Shown piece after piece: positions 22,901 to 32,064 of a stretch of DNA of 64,000 bases (positions are counted from its first letter, which is position 1; the number at the start of each line of letters is the position of its first letter). A program made the position numbers and the translations under genes. The notes below the pieces were generated by a model. That model searched no databases. It saw nothing but the letters and a program-made list of their open reading frames with translations, and was not told where the DNA came from. The DNA is taken from IMG/VR virus record IMGVR_UViG_3300042455_001086, positions 193,167-257,166 of that record, one strand, 5' to 3'.

Positions 22901-23679
22901 CCGGTGTTTACAAATGAATTATACATATGAGGAACTGCCAACATATGTCCCCAATTTATATAGGACATTACACCATATTTATATCCATATAATTTCAAAG
23001 TTATTTTAAAATTTCCAGATGTACCGTCAAATGTTGAGTTGAATGTTTGCAACATTAAGGGCATTCTTACCGCTTTCCCATAATAACCCTTTAATGTTAA
23101 ATAAAATATTGGGTATGGTAATTGGAAAAAAGCAGCATATGGTGAATTATTACCACCCTCAAATAAACCTCTACCTTTAACATCTTCTAATTGAATTGTT
23201 ACTTGTGGATAAAAATTAGTATCAATTGCAACTTCAATACCCTTAATACCCAATAGTCCATTATCAACAGCACCAGGTGTTCCGTTTGAGTATAGTGATT
23301 GTGTTATATAATAATCATCGGATTTTTTTGGGTTTTTAACCGCATTTAGTTTAGGTTGATTTACACCCTCACCCTTAATCGCACCCTTACCTGTAATCTC
23401 ATCAGTCCAGTTATTATTTAAAAATGTTTTAAAACCCGGATTTAAAAAGTTTATTTTTCCAACAGAAATTGTTCTTACATTATCATTCAATGGAGCACCA
23501 ATAGCAAGTTTTGTTCTAGGCACAACACTACATTCAAGGTTAGCATACATAACCAAGTTTTCTTGCTTAACTAACCTATCTCTTACTTTACCATCTTGAT
23601 CTATTACTTTATTTGGGTCTATAAGGGATATGTTGTCGTAATCAAATTCTACTAAAATATTTTCTCCATTATCTACCAT
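16954..23679 (-). CDS. Very large baseplate hub-like protein (gp27/gpD-type C-terminal fold)
   Basis: 2241 aa; YECTLDMMGNALMQPMMYFNL..FSGPYMITKISHSIS..FKTSITGTR resembles hub C-terminus; follows gp53-like gene. Confidence 0.65.
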   Translation of the reverse strand: MVDNGENILVEFDYDNISLIDPNKVIDQDGKVRDRLVKQENLVMYANLECSVVPRTKLAIGAPLNDNVRTISVGKINFLNPGFKTFLNNNWTDEITGKGAIKGEGVNQPKLNAVKNPKKSDDYYITQSLYSNGTPGAVDNGLLGIKGIEVAIDTNFYPQVTIQLEDVKGRGLFEGGNNSPYAAFFQLPYPIFYLTLKGYYGKAVRMPLMLQTFNSTFDGTSGNFKITLKLYGYKYGVMSYINWGHMLAVPHMYNSFVNTGQVSQGSPTPTNGVSKQASDNVKPVAVSRGYQKMKELYSEYKSKGLIDDDFPEYSLFQLKSKLDTFIKDILEKFTKENLGSLTELENFQTLLTEFQKKVFFDGSSWYRTYMDFKFPLVLTDNTKVFTFKKDYDTAQKKTDAITELDGIIKDFTKRLESNSVAGKNGSYTVGGKQTKSQVPVNVTIDKFYKTITVNDVDFTKSFNEAYGKTTTGGTLVQEFALAKSLEIPTSQYFVFDGKGTFNDICNQAAKEVTTLRTEIEKQITDNLAEQLARKDSGIGFKPTVRNILAVFFAQGEAFLRLMDDVHNAAWEVRDDPYRRASVFGTTTAQSVDVKNAQQATEPIYPWPQIILENQGDDSQEKFALKYPGDPKLSSITKAYIPELWPEVEFVEEYIKGFIEREAPEPDLGDSNNSEQQPLRLSLNAIDFPVSNEVFQNKEEVKFYYEIYERVMVNTFFSKLSRVDGYQSSVYLVESENEKINALKALGSDNPFLIKKLKQYLIDGNNYQTFLRHISNQGEGESWQKFIRGEFVTPYIKNKTNTPFQLFNKNILLSPSSQPNVSATQQSKIEDYIQVKTYSNQFDFTDMYPITNLDWCKNYLANGNGINGVNEIFNTNKILHYNTIQKTITNFKSDDTTDTKRPITNFNYTPDIFNQTINSNLKEFYNNRKFENQFITEGNINYSGYNGYLSENQTTSIMNTPYFINAIQNGVFNFRYKSNDLSPYKAAAYLFINSLPIATLRERFKTKDASEDLDYIVSTLKKFGGVHKLPYVWILKYGSIWHRYKTWNREGKDILDNSWKDFNYLSNYDPVNSATTKTYNLSIDGTQRNIVLSQNFGTGAYTTYVNTGFYPKLIDDMNVFLQGLKLFSGSTQLNGTCDVFNNTMVVYTVNDNTLTPGYKLSGPSIDLDTTIVSQLSGATGGPGIYQITPSQNLDKINGTCNISGTTLELTFITGGTLDVNATIAGPNIIPGTKIVSKITGSSNPNLVYTIDTPQNYSGATFFVSTPADFFVTNSQTSGYGQAEVQTLIDNKKLVLTTNINSKIIKTTGFDPNNPNRNLNLTPWSVLSKFTNEDKYYVLPSFGNVKNQVGDECFKNGSLKLEITGNTAVFNGSARMFWGAPNYGYFDNGKLQIPDPDSYLKQIFNDKKIQENFSISGDKSKYTKISEIFTTFETKVLDAFEEEFLNYSRSIYDYKTVIAAEEGEETETEIAIKNFQYFMRLLMKIEKPTSIGTEGLIDEVITKQNLNFQSLFNSLMTYDTVFRFGNPTMFDKRLFYTFSTKFIEEPISYQGYNQSMAGFLPTSGGTVTLAQSKAAYPETWKDLEYYVGFSEIPELKYSDNGSYITDFFVDMNVQFSQKNVKDFAPIIKLYATQKLLDPTMNVSKFFTLMNTYIDTCELYLTNVINDLMTGIRNELPDVSIVKQNPDQKAPLVGDQSRDELWDSFKSLNDTWISGLDLKTKTLFEDILLFDRACRDVGQKVLCDIFKIKDLIETSLPNNKMENLIKTILVDNNFGFFPLPAYSNFYNAQEVVKNPVPQPEGTTEFASSMWGTFLNVDYRNTSPKYLCYYKSVPSNHLAMNDNADYKFRDDAFDLRRASDNPLLENQLNKTNWDKSNKVCGFNVDFSNQNQQIFYQINLQQSVGKPTAESLEMINQMANSSRNRGTGSQSVSLYNIYKNRSYECTLDMMGNALMQPMMYFNLRNVPMFSGPYMITKISHSISEGDFKTSITGTRQPFYDLPKVDNFIQALSFKIIDKLKDQLQKKEIAQTSSSGNVITQLNNVISTVSEKDTLTTNQNCSSKLNPNYQGFTNVANPSLITIAAKEFNVLLRDKVRANGYKAQSEEEVRLRQLLFILIHMDSGSGNNFKAYDNNFSSVSLDQTYGPEFISFVDKNYYCVNRGTIKDIPMVKFTSTAKYLDFVISKSPAILKSFLSDKSPQNIIKIYVSSWPVIRNGNVYDKLTEQDKKKLENALEKANDLFNSVNS

Positions 23680-23992
23680 AATAAAAGAAATGGTTGTTTA
23701 ATTCGTTATTATAATCTTGTAATGATGTTAGTAAAGGAAATGGAATTGTCAATATTGCACCATCTGGGATACTCCACTCGGATCCTGAATATTGGGGGTT
23801 TGCTTGTTGTATTAACCAACCAAAAAAAGGTGTTCCATAAAATTGGAAAGATATTTTATCAAGTCTTGATTGCCCAACAATATAAATGTAATTTTTATCT
23901 GTTGCTTTTGTTGGTAGGCTAATATATGGGACAACTTGTTGTTCTCCATTTACCAAAAATTGACTATATCTGTTGTAATATTGTAGATTCAT
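23669..23992 (-). CDS. LysM-like baseplate wedge protein (gp53/tail X-like)
   Basis: RLDKISFQFYGTPFFGWLIQQANP...IPDGAILTIP. Confidence 0.75.
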   Translation of the reverse strand: MNLQYYNRYSQFLVNGEQQVVPYISLPTKATDKNYIYIVGQSRLDKISFQFYGTPFFGWLIQQANPQYSGSEWSIPDGAILTIPFPLLTSLQDYNNELNNHFFYYGR

Positions 23993-23993
23993 C

Positions 23994-26900
23994 TTAATTA
24001 AATTTTACTTTTCCATCAAATGTTTTAAAATCATTATTTAGATTTTGTGTCGAATATAAATCGACAATTCTATTATTTTGTTGGCTTGAACCACTTGTCG
24101 TTGAGGTATAGTTAAAAATATATTTGTCGGTTTCGTTTAATGGTGATTCTATTAATGATTTATATTTTTCATCGTCTTTTATTTTAGTATAGGAATCAAT
24201 AATTTTTTGTGTATAACCATTAAATAATGTAACACAAATAGTTATTGCTTTATCTAATTCTTTACTAATTATATCTTTATTTGTGAAAACCTGACTATTC
24301 AAAATAAATTCTTTAAGTGAATTTCTTTTAGATTCACTAAAGAAGGTTTGTGCCATAATCTGATAAAATCTATTTGTTGCATAGTCTTCATCTGTTGTTC
24401 CAACACCATTTGTCCAAGTAGCACCAGGAGTCCTAAAGGTATTATCTCTAAATAGAGCGTCAGATGGATTATAATGATCTTTAGCTAAAAATAAAAATTT
24501 ATCTTGTTGTATAATATTTGTTGGTTCTTCAAAAAATGTTTTGTGTTTATCTTCAATTTTTTTATAGTTGTTTTTCAACAATGTAAATATATCAATTGGT
24601 GTTGTTTCGGCGGATAAATTATACGCAACCGGTTTATTTTCCGAATTTAATGAACCATCGGTTTTTGTTAAAATTAGGTTAAGTTTTCTAATATTCTGAA
24701 TATAGTCTTGCTGGACATTTATAAGATTTGAAATATCGTTATTAAGATTTATTGAAAAATCTGACTGCATTGCTTCAATACTTTGAATTAGTCTTCTTTC
24801 AATTTCCTTTTTTTCTGAGTTTTTCAAATTAATACTTTTGTCAATCTCTTCCATAAATGGATCTCTTCTTTTTTTAACATCTGAAATTGTTTCACTAAAT
24901 AATTTATCAACCTTATTTTCTATTTTACTTGGTTTTCCATATATAGGTAAAGTTGATGAGGTTCCATATTCATCAAATTTACCTTCACTAAAATTTCTTT
25001 CATAGAATAATAAATAAACAATCCCAACATTAAAATTTTTAGATAGGGTTATATGAGTATCAATTACAGTATCAAAATATTCTTTTGTTTTATTCCAAGT
25101 TTCATTTAATTGTTTTGTATAATCAATTTGTGTTTCGGATAAAATTGTTCCAATTGTATTTCCACCTTTTTTCGGTTGTATGTTTTCAACCTCGGCTGTT
25201 GTCACCGGTGGTTGTTGTGATAATATTTTCTCAACAACATATTTGTCTCTAGCACTAACATCTTCAGTTGCTGTTGCTCTTTCATCATAAATTTCAGTAT
25301 TTGCATAAAAATTAAATGAAAGTGCATTTTGTAATTCCTCAACAGGTTGTTTTAATCCGTGACCACCAATAAAGTCAAAACCTAATGTAACTTTAACTAT
25401 CATAGGTTGAACACCAATTCCTTCTGGATTTAAATCATATTTAGCTTCTTCATATGCAAATGATAAGTTGCTAGGAACTATTTTACTATGGTAAAAATCC
25501 CCAACTCTTAATACTAAAATTGGTGGAGCACCAAATGCTGTATTTAAAGCATCATTATATTTTGGTCTTCCATCGGCACCAATAATTGGTATTGTTTGTC
25601 CAGGTCTAACACATTGATTTAAAAATGTTAATCTACCATTTAAACCTTCAGGTGTCATTGAATGGAAGGCCGGATTAAAATATTTAATCTTGTCTTTTAA
25701 TGATTGAAAAATCATTGGGTCGGATTGTTTTAACACCTCAAAATAATCACATTCTGAAAATAAAGTTCTTAAAACTTTTTTAGATATACCATCTTTTATT
25801 TTTTGTTCTACCGTTATGTTTGGTGATGGTTTGACTGTTTGTGCCGGATTAGTTTGAACATTTTCAACAACTTTCTTTTTTTCATCATTTTGTGGATCTG
25901 GCTCTTTATTTCCACCACCACCTTCTTTTTTTACAGGTTCTTTTGCTTTAATGTTTTTAATCGTAACTCTTCTACAAGCCATAGCGGGTATTGAATATAT
26001 CTCAGCAGCAGATGTAGTCTTATATGTGTTTCCAACTTTTATATTCAAATTTGCATTACAATTTACACTATCTGATAATACACCTTGTTCACCAGACCCA
26101 ACAACTGTAGGTCCACTTACCGCTTCGGCACTTGATTTTGGTATCACAATTTCCTCACCTCTTGGATCTCCCTTTATAATAAGTTTTTTATTTGTGACAT
26201 AGTCTTCAAAAGACTTACCATTTTTATCTTGTTGTTTTTTAAACCATTGAATTACTGAATCAATTCTTCTTTCTGATAATGTTTTATTATATGCTGGTGT
26301 TTGTACGGCTGATGCTGAACCAACCAAATCTATTGATACTTCACCACCATTTAATAAAATTTCACCAATTTTAGTTAAAAGATCACCTTTAATTTTATTG
26401 AAATTACCTTCAACAACTTGTGTAAAAAAGTTTGGAATACCAGCTTTACTCCATTCTTTATATGTTGTCCCTTCTTTGGTGTATGTAATTGCTGGTGCCG
26501 ATGTATCATATTTACCTTTATTTCCGATATACCCATCATACCAACTATCATATGGTTGGCTGGCGGTTTTACTCCAACTACCTTTACATTCAGGACAATC
26601 ATTATCAAAATAAAATCCGTAGTTAATAAATTCATCTAATGGAATATCTTTTATTGTGTCTGTTGTATTTTCTTTAGTTTTTGAACCACCACCGGTAGTA
26701 GCATTATCAGCACCAGTTGCATTGTTTTTTGCTTTATCTTCTTCTTCTGGTTTTTTTGGGATTTCAAAAGCAACTTGTCCTAATTCTTCTGATGTTAATC
26801 TTGGATTATTTAGGATTTGTTGATAGGTAAATAAATCTCTTGTTGGAATTGTATTAAATTTAATACCTAATTCGTATAAATCATATTTTACACATCCAGC

Positions 26901-29045
26901 AAAAAAAGAATTAAGTATTGAGTCGACCAATTCTGGGTCAGCCTTTTTTAATTGTTTTTGGACAATTGTATTCATTACGGCTGGGTGATCCACAATTATT
27001 TTCCAGCTTAAACTTCCTTTTCTTGTTGTGTTTTTATATGTGTATATTGGTTCTGGTCTCCCTAAAAAAGATGTCTTATTAAATTCTGGCGAACTATCAT
27101 CAGAAAATGTTAAATCGTAAGGTGGGAACCACATAATTCTACCACCATTCGGTCCTCTTTCACAAACTGGTAAATCATCATATGTGAATCCAGGTCTATC
27201 TGATGTTCTCCAAGCAAGATTCTCAATTGAGAACATATATTTTTTTACTTTATTATCAACAATATTCGTTGATCCAGGATTTTTAAGTGGTGCAATATTC
27301 AAGTTGTATGTATTATCAAATATTGAATAAGAAAACCCTCTACCTGTTTTTGTTATACCATCTGATTTTTGTAAATCGGCATAAGTGTAATATGGCGTAT
27401 CTTTTGTAAAAACTCTACAATATTCAATCCCAACTGAAGTATTGTCAGCATTGTCTTTGTAGGATAATACTTGTGAGCCTTTTGTTAGTTCTTTGTATCC
27501 ATCATTAAATACTTTTGATACTTGGTTGATTGCGTTTCCAACATGTTTTAGTCTTGATAAACCGGTAACTTTGTCGGCAGATTCAACTAGTCTTTGTGTG
27601 TCGTCCAATATTGATCCTTCTTTGAAGGGAATCGTTGTTGATTGGTAACCTTGGTAATCTGCTCGTATTGTCTCAAATTGTTGATCTAAAGATGTTACTT
27701 TACCATTACGACCTTGTTTAAAACCTGCGTTGTCTTTATATTTCGGTGATGTCCAAACAAATTGTCCGGATATACCACCCCCATCACTAAGTGATTTACC
27801 CTTTAAACCATTTAATAATTTACTTTCATTTCCTTCATATAAAATACCCAATTCTTGTGGTCCATAAACAATTGTGTTAATTTGTTTTCCACCTGGTCCT
27901 ACTGGTATTTGATTTGCTGGTGAGTCAATCTGTGATGGTTCGGCTTCAGGGCTTCCAACATAATAACCACCAGTATTTGGTTTGTTTGGGTCTAAAATTC
28001 TATCAAGACCAGTTGTAATACTTTGTAATGGTCCTCTTACATATTTTGGTCTATATTTATTATAATCAAGAGATGAAAATAAAATTGATCTTTGTCCATT
28101 TCCGGTATTGGCAACAAATGTTTCTGAAGGATTTCTAAAAACATCAAGTATTGGTCCTAATAAACCACCAGTAACACCATTTACAACATTTAATGCTTTT
28201 TCAAGTTTTGGTGCTTGGAAATTAATGTCGTTAAAATAATCACCTGGGATTGTTGATGTTGGAAAATAAGTTCCTGATAATCTTAAACCAAATTCAACGG
28301 CAGCTTCAACTGGACTTTCAGATTGTGTTATTGTCCAGTTTTTATCAATAAAGGGTTCTTTACCTGCAGCAACCAAACTAGCACTAAAAGGATCTTCTAA
28401 AGAATCTAAATTTAATCTACCAATTGTTTTCTTTTTAAGTTGATCGGCAATTCTCTCCTCAAACGCACTCTTTAATTGTTGTGCTCCCAATCTAGCAAGG
28501 TATGTATCTTGAGATAATGAACCATTAGATCCAGATGGATTTTGATTAAAAATTAAATCATATGTCTTATAAGTTGAAGCAACAAAGGATGATGGATCCC
28601 AATATGGTTGATAAAGTTTTGGATTTCCAACAACATCAGTAATTACCACTAAATCGGAATAACCACCTTGAGGTCCATAAATATTTTGAACATATGCCGC
28701 ATCAATAAAAAATTCATTAATTAAGTCAAGAGTGGTGTCGTTTGGATCATAAGGTCCCGAATTTGAATCAACAGGATATGGTGACCCTGGTATTGAGTAT
28801 TTTCCATTAAAACCACCTTCTGGTCCATATTCGTTTAATGGATATAATGTATTTGCAAATTGATTTGTGGATATTAAAGTATCTGATGAATCAATTACAC
28901 TTGTTACTGTTAAATTTGTTTCATAATTTACATTAGTTGATGGGCTTGAGAATACACCTGGAACCGTATATGGTTTTAAGTTTCTAGCAATCAATTGATT
29001 TCTAAAACTTGATGAATTTGCAAACGACAATAAACTTTCAGCCAT
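23994..29045 (-). CDS. Large baseplate/tube-initiator-like protein with inserted OmpA-like domain
   Basis: FLGRPEPIYTYKNTTRKGSLSW and APPILVLRVGDFY..PMIVKVTLGFDFIG halves flanking GSASA..YNKTLSERR..CRRV; between tape measure and LysM gene. Confidence 0.65.
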   Translation of the reverse strand: MAESLLSFANSSSFRNQLIARNLKPYTVPGVFSSPSTNVNYETNLTVTSVIDSSDTLISTNQFANTLYPLNEYGPEGGFNGKYSIPGSPYPVDSNSGPYDPNDTTLDLINEFFIDAAYVQNIYGPQGGYSDLVVITDVVGNPKLYQPYWDPSSFVASTYKTYDLIFNQNPSGSNGSLSQDTYLARLGAQQLKSAFEERIADQLKKKTIGRLNLDSLEDPFSASLVAAGKEPFIDKNWTITQSESPVEAAVEFGLRLSGTYFPTSTIPGDYFNDINFQAPKLEKALNVVNGVTGGLLGPILDVFRNPSETFVANTGNGQRSILFSSLDYNKYRPKYVRGPLQSITTGLDRILDPNKPNTGGYYVGSPEAEPSQIDSPANQIPVGPGGKQINTIVYGPQELGILYEGNESKLLNGLKGKSLSDGGGISGQFVWTSPKYKDNAGFKQGRNGKVTSLDQQFETIRADYQGYQSTTIPFKEGSILDDTQRLVESADKVTGLSRLKHVGNAINQVSKVFNDGYKELTKGSQVLSYKDNADNTSVGIEYCRVFTKDTPYYTYADLQKSDGITKTGRGFSYSIFDNTYNLNIAPLKNPGSTNIVDNKVKKYMFSIENLAWRTSDRPGFTYDDLPVCERGPNGGRIMWFPPYDLTFSDDSSPEFNKTSFLGRPEPIYTYKNTTRKGSLSWKIIVDHPAVMNTIVQKQLKKADPELVDSILNSFFAGCVKYDLYELGIKFNTIPTRDLFTYQQILNNPRLTSEELGQVAFEIPKKPEEEDKAKNNATGADNATTGGGSKTKENTTDTIKDIPLDEFINYGFYFDNDCPECKGSWSKTASQPYDSWYDGYIGNKGKYDTSAPAITYTKEGTTYKEWSKAGIPNFFTQVVEGNFNKIKGDLLTKIGEILLNGGEVSIDLVGSASAVQTPAYNKTLSERRIDSVIQWFKKQQDKNGKSFEDYVTNKKLIIKGDPRGEEIVIPKSSAEAVSGPTVVGSGEQGVLSDSVNCNANLNIKVGNTYKTTSAAEIYSIPAMACRRVTIKNIKAKEPVKKEGGGGNKEPDPQNDEKKKVVENVQTNPAQTVKPSPNITVEQKIKDGISKKVLRTLFSECDYFEVLKQSDPMIFQSLKDKIKYFNPAFHSMTPEGLNGRLTFLNQCVRPGQTIPIIGADGRPKYNDALNTAFGAPPILVLRVGDFYHSKIVPSNLSFAYEEAKYDLNPEGIGVQPMIVKVTLGFDFIGGHGLKQPVEELQNALSFNFYANTEIYDERATATEDVSARDKYVVEKILSQQPPVTTAEVENIQPKKGGNTIGTILSETQIDYTKQLNETWNKTKEYFDTVIDTHITLSKNFNVGIVYLLFYERNFSEGKFDEYGTSSTLPIYGKPSKIENKVDKLFSETISDVKKRRDPFMEEIDKSINLKNSEKKEIERRLIQSIEAMQSDFSINLNNDISNLINVQQDYIQNIRKLNLILTKTDGSLNSENKPVAYNLSAETTPIDIFTLLKNNYKKIEDKHKTFFEEPTNIIQQDKFLFLAKDHYNPSDALFRDNTFRTPGATWTNGVGTTDEDYATNRFYQIMAQTFFSESKRNSLKEFILNSQVFTNKDIISKELDKAITICVTLFNGYTQKIIDSYTKIKDDEKYKSLIESPLNETDKYIFNYTSTTSGSSQQNNRIVDLYSTQNLNNDFKTFDGKVKFN

Positions 29046-29095
29046 ATCCTATTTTAAAATAAATACAAAAAAAATTGATTTTATAACTCAAAATA

Positions 29096-31090
29096 TTAAA
29101 TACCGCTAGTTACTTTTTTAATACCTGCATCAAGTTCTAATAAATTTTTTGGGTCGTTTTTTAATTTATCTATTATCACATTATATAATTCTGGTGGAGC
29201 ATTTTTTAAAGAACCATCTGAATTTGTAATATCAATTTTTTGTTGAACATTAAAATTTTGATCTGTTTTGGTTTCCAGAAGTGTTGTAGCTTTACTGACA
29301 AATTCTTTAATTTGTGTTATATAACTTGTGCTAACTTCAGACTCGGTAATTGGTTGAAGTCCACCAATACCACCATATATTCCAGATACTCTTGCAGCAC
29401 CTTGTTTAATACCACTTTCAGCTCCTTCTAATGCACCCATAGTCAAACCAAAAACTCTACTCATTAAATTTTTTGGTATATCATTTAGTGTGTCCGATAT
29501 TCTTGTAATATTTTCAGAAGAAAGACCACCTTCTGTGAATAAAGAAACTATAGAACTTTCAACTGGTGATGTAATATCAGTGACAGCACCTCTCACATCT
29601 TTAGTTTTTACTTTACCATATAGGTTTTCCATTGCAGATTCTCTAATAGCCAAGTTAGCTTCAGCTGCTCTTTGTAATGTTCCAGAACTTGCAACACCCA
29701 TTCTTGCGGATAATTCAGTACCTTTCAAAATACCTTCAATTCTTTCTTGGACGGAAAGCTGATCTCTTGCAATTTCTTCAGCTGATTTATTTTGATTCGC
29801 TTGTTCTTTTTTTAGTTCTTCTAACTGATTAGCCGTTAAATCCTCAACCGCAACTTCTTTTTTCTCACCTGTCTCATCTGTAATCTGAACAACAGCTCTA
29901 CCGTCTTTCATTTGAGACATATTAGCAATTAACATTCTATCTTCTTCACTAGCCGCAAAACTTGGAAATCTAATTTGTTTTAATTTCATATCCAAATCAG
30001 AACTTTTGATTGCCATACCTGCCAACTCGTCGGCACTCATACCAAGTTCTTTTGCAACTTCTCTTAATTGTAATTTAGCACCTGGTAAAATTTCAAATCC
30101 GGTTCCATCCGCTTTCAACCTTGTAAATTGTTGTGCAACCTTGGTCATTTCATCTTGGAGTTTTGCTGGGTCGTTAAGAGCCATATCCATAGCTGATAGT
30201 GGATCTAATAATTCTGTTGATGTTACACCTAATCTTTGTAATGCTGAAGTAAATTCAATTGCTGATTCTGGATTTAATAATGAATCCGCTTTTGCGAAAA
30301 CTTTTTCCATATTAACACCAAGCATTGCTGATTGTGCTTGCATTTTTGCCAACCCTTGGACTCCGTTTTCAAAATTAAACAAATTAAGTTGTTTTAAATT
30401 TCCAACAACTCCGGCTGTAACTTCTTTAACATTAACACCAACACTTTTAGCATAATTTGCAACATCGGCCATTTCATCACCAACACTTGATAGTTGTGTT
30501 CCTACACTTGAAAACTCTTTGACTAAACTTCCAACATCAACACCGGCAAATTTGGATGTCGCGGCCAATTCTACTATGGTTTCATTAGCGATTGATGCGT
30601 TTGTTTTAAGTGCGTTTGGAATTTGTATTAATTTGTCTATTCCCTCACTTGTTGTAAAACCTAATTTTACCATTTCTGGTAAAGTATCGGCTATTGTGGA
30701 TTTCAACTCACCGGCTCTTGCTCGACCAAGACCCATTGTGTTGGCAAGTTTTTGTGACTCAATAATTAACGCATTAACATCATTTTTTACTGTTTCTAAA
30801 CTAGTAAATGGTGCTGTCGCTCTACCAAGACCTTCACCTAAATCACTAACAATCCCTGAAAAATCTAAAGCACCTGCCGCTTTATCTGATGGCGTATCAC
30901 TAACGGTAATTGTTGATGGAGAACTTTTTAATTCTGTTTTTTCTTTCTTGTTTTCAGCATCCGCCATACCTTGTTTATATGCGGCCTCAACGGCTTTTTT
31001 CTGGTCGGAAGATAAATCATTAACAGATTTAATTGTTGATCCAAAAATACCTTGTGCAAGTTTTAATAATAAACTATCAGTAAGACCCAT
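29096..31090 (-). CDS. Tape measure protein (putative)
   Basis: Ala/Leu/Gly-rich helical 664 aa; position downstream of tube and chaperone genes. Confidence 0.65.
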   Translation of the reverse strand: MGLTDSLLLKLAQGIFGSTIKSVNDLSSDQKKAVEAAYKQGMADAENKKEKTELKSSPSTITVSDTPSDKAAGALDFSGIVSDLGEGLGRATAPFTSLETVKNDVNALIIESQKLANTMGLGRARAGELKSTIADTLPEMVKLGFTTSEGIDKLIQIPNALKTNASIANETIVELAATSKFAGVDVGSLVKEFSSVGTQLSSVGDEMADVANYAKSVGVNVKEVTAGVVGNLKQLNLFNFENGVQGLAKMQAQSAMLGVNMEKVFAKADSLLNPESAIEFTSALQRLGVTSTELLDPLSAMDMALNDPAKLQDEMTKVAQQFTRLKADGTGFEILPGAKLQLREVAKELGMSADELAGMAIKSSDLDMKLKQIRFPSFAASEEDRMLIANMSQMKDGRAVVQITDETGEKKEVAVEDLTANQLEELKKEQANQNKSAEEIARDQLSVQERIEGILKGTELSARMGVASSGTLQRAAEANLAIRESAMENLYGKVKTKDVRGAVTDITSPVESSIVSLFTEGGLSSENITRISDTLNDIPKNLMSRVFGLTMGALEGAESGIKQGAARVSGIYGGIGGLQPITESEVSTSYITQIKEFVSKATTLLETKTDQNFNVQQKIDITNSDGSLKNAPPELYNVIIDKLKNDPKNLLELDAGIKKVTSGI

Positions 31091-31116
31091 ATTAACTTTT
31101 TACAATAAATACTTTT

Positions 31117-31278
31117 TTATTGATTTTTTGGTGGTTGCAAATCTTCCAACAGCTTTTCTACAAGATATTTTCTAACATATGTTGGGATTGACAAAAATTC
31201 ATTATATTGCATATGTATGTATTTTGCAAGATAAAAATATTCGTCCAATAAGAATTTTGAGTATTTAGAAGAAAGGCC
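31117..31278 (-). CDS. +1-frame extension of tail chaperone (gpGT / gp51-like)
   Basis: 53-codon open frame GLSSKYSKFLLDEYFYLAKY...PPKNQ overlapping the end of the upstream gene, entered at TTT TTT CGG. Confidence 0.6.
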   Translation of the reverse strand, partial: GLSSKYSKFLLDEYFYLAKYIHMQYNEFLSIPTYVRKYLVEKLLEDLQPPKNQ

Positions 31279-32029
31279 GAAAAAATTCCACCCCAAAGGC
31301 GATATTTACATCTACCTTTTCTCCTGACGGGGCTATAACAGTTCTTTTAAGATCCAATCTTGGTTCATTTTCTTTCATAAAGGATCTAATAAATTTAGAA
31401 TCTCTAATCGGCATATTTTGGATGAAGGTAGAAATCTTATTTTGGTCTTTATCCCCATTTAATTCAACAATCATTTTTGACAACCTTGTGGTGACAATTG
31501 GTGCATTATATCCAACTGGATATAGATCAACAATTTTATCAATTTCCATTGTGTCAATTAAACTTAGTAATTTTAATTTGACATGAGCACCAGAAGTTGG
31601 TAATACAACTTCAAATAAACCTTCGCTATTTGGTTGAACTTTTGGTTGAATGATGTTCAACTCATCAAGCATAATTGAGGCTTCAAACGATTTTCCTGTT
31701 TTTGGGTCATTTACAACAATGTTATATTCCGGACCAAATGATGTGTTTCTCAAAAATAAAAGAACGGCCTCAACATCACCCTCTAATAATTCTTCTGGTC
31801 TTATATCTCTTTCGTATAATTTATTTCTTAACAAAGGAATAATAATTGTTTCCTTTATTGTTTTTGTTCCGTCAATATTTACCAAGATATTTTCATCACT
31901 AGCAGTTAAATAACCAACTTTAACTGATTTCTTTTTTGATGTATAGAAAATACCATTTGATGGTAGTTGGACAATATCGTGTGGTAAATTAAAATCCATT
32001 TGTCCGTATGTTACTAAATCTTGATCCAT
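31265..32029 (-). CDS. Tail/baseplate assembly chaperone (T4 gp26-like)
   Basis: VQLPSNGIFY, LTASDENIL, LLFLRNTSFGPEY, C-terminal FGVEFFRPFF; upstream of tape measure. Confidence 0.7.
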   Translation of the reverse strand: MDQDLVTYGQMDFNLPHDIVQLPSNGIFYTSKKKSVKVGYLTASDENILVNIDGTKTIKETIIIPLLRNKLYERDIRPEELLEGDVEAVLLFLRNTSFGPEYNIVVNDPKTGKSFEASIMLDELNIIQPKVQPNSEGLFEVVLPTSGAHVKLKLLSLIDTMEIDKIVDLYPVGYNAPIVTTRLSKMIVELNGDKDQNKISTFIQNMPIRDSKFIRSFMKENEPRLDLKRTVIAPSGEKVDVNIAFGVEFFRPFF

Positions 32030-32064
32030 AGTTTTTTTTATTAAAAAATAAACGAATACTTGAT

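Noticed and set aside
29240-31175. Long plus-strand ORFs (up to 218 aa) opposite the tape measure gene
   Set aside because: Antisense shadows from codon bias of the minus-strand gene; no motifs or upstream signals
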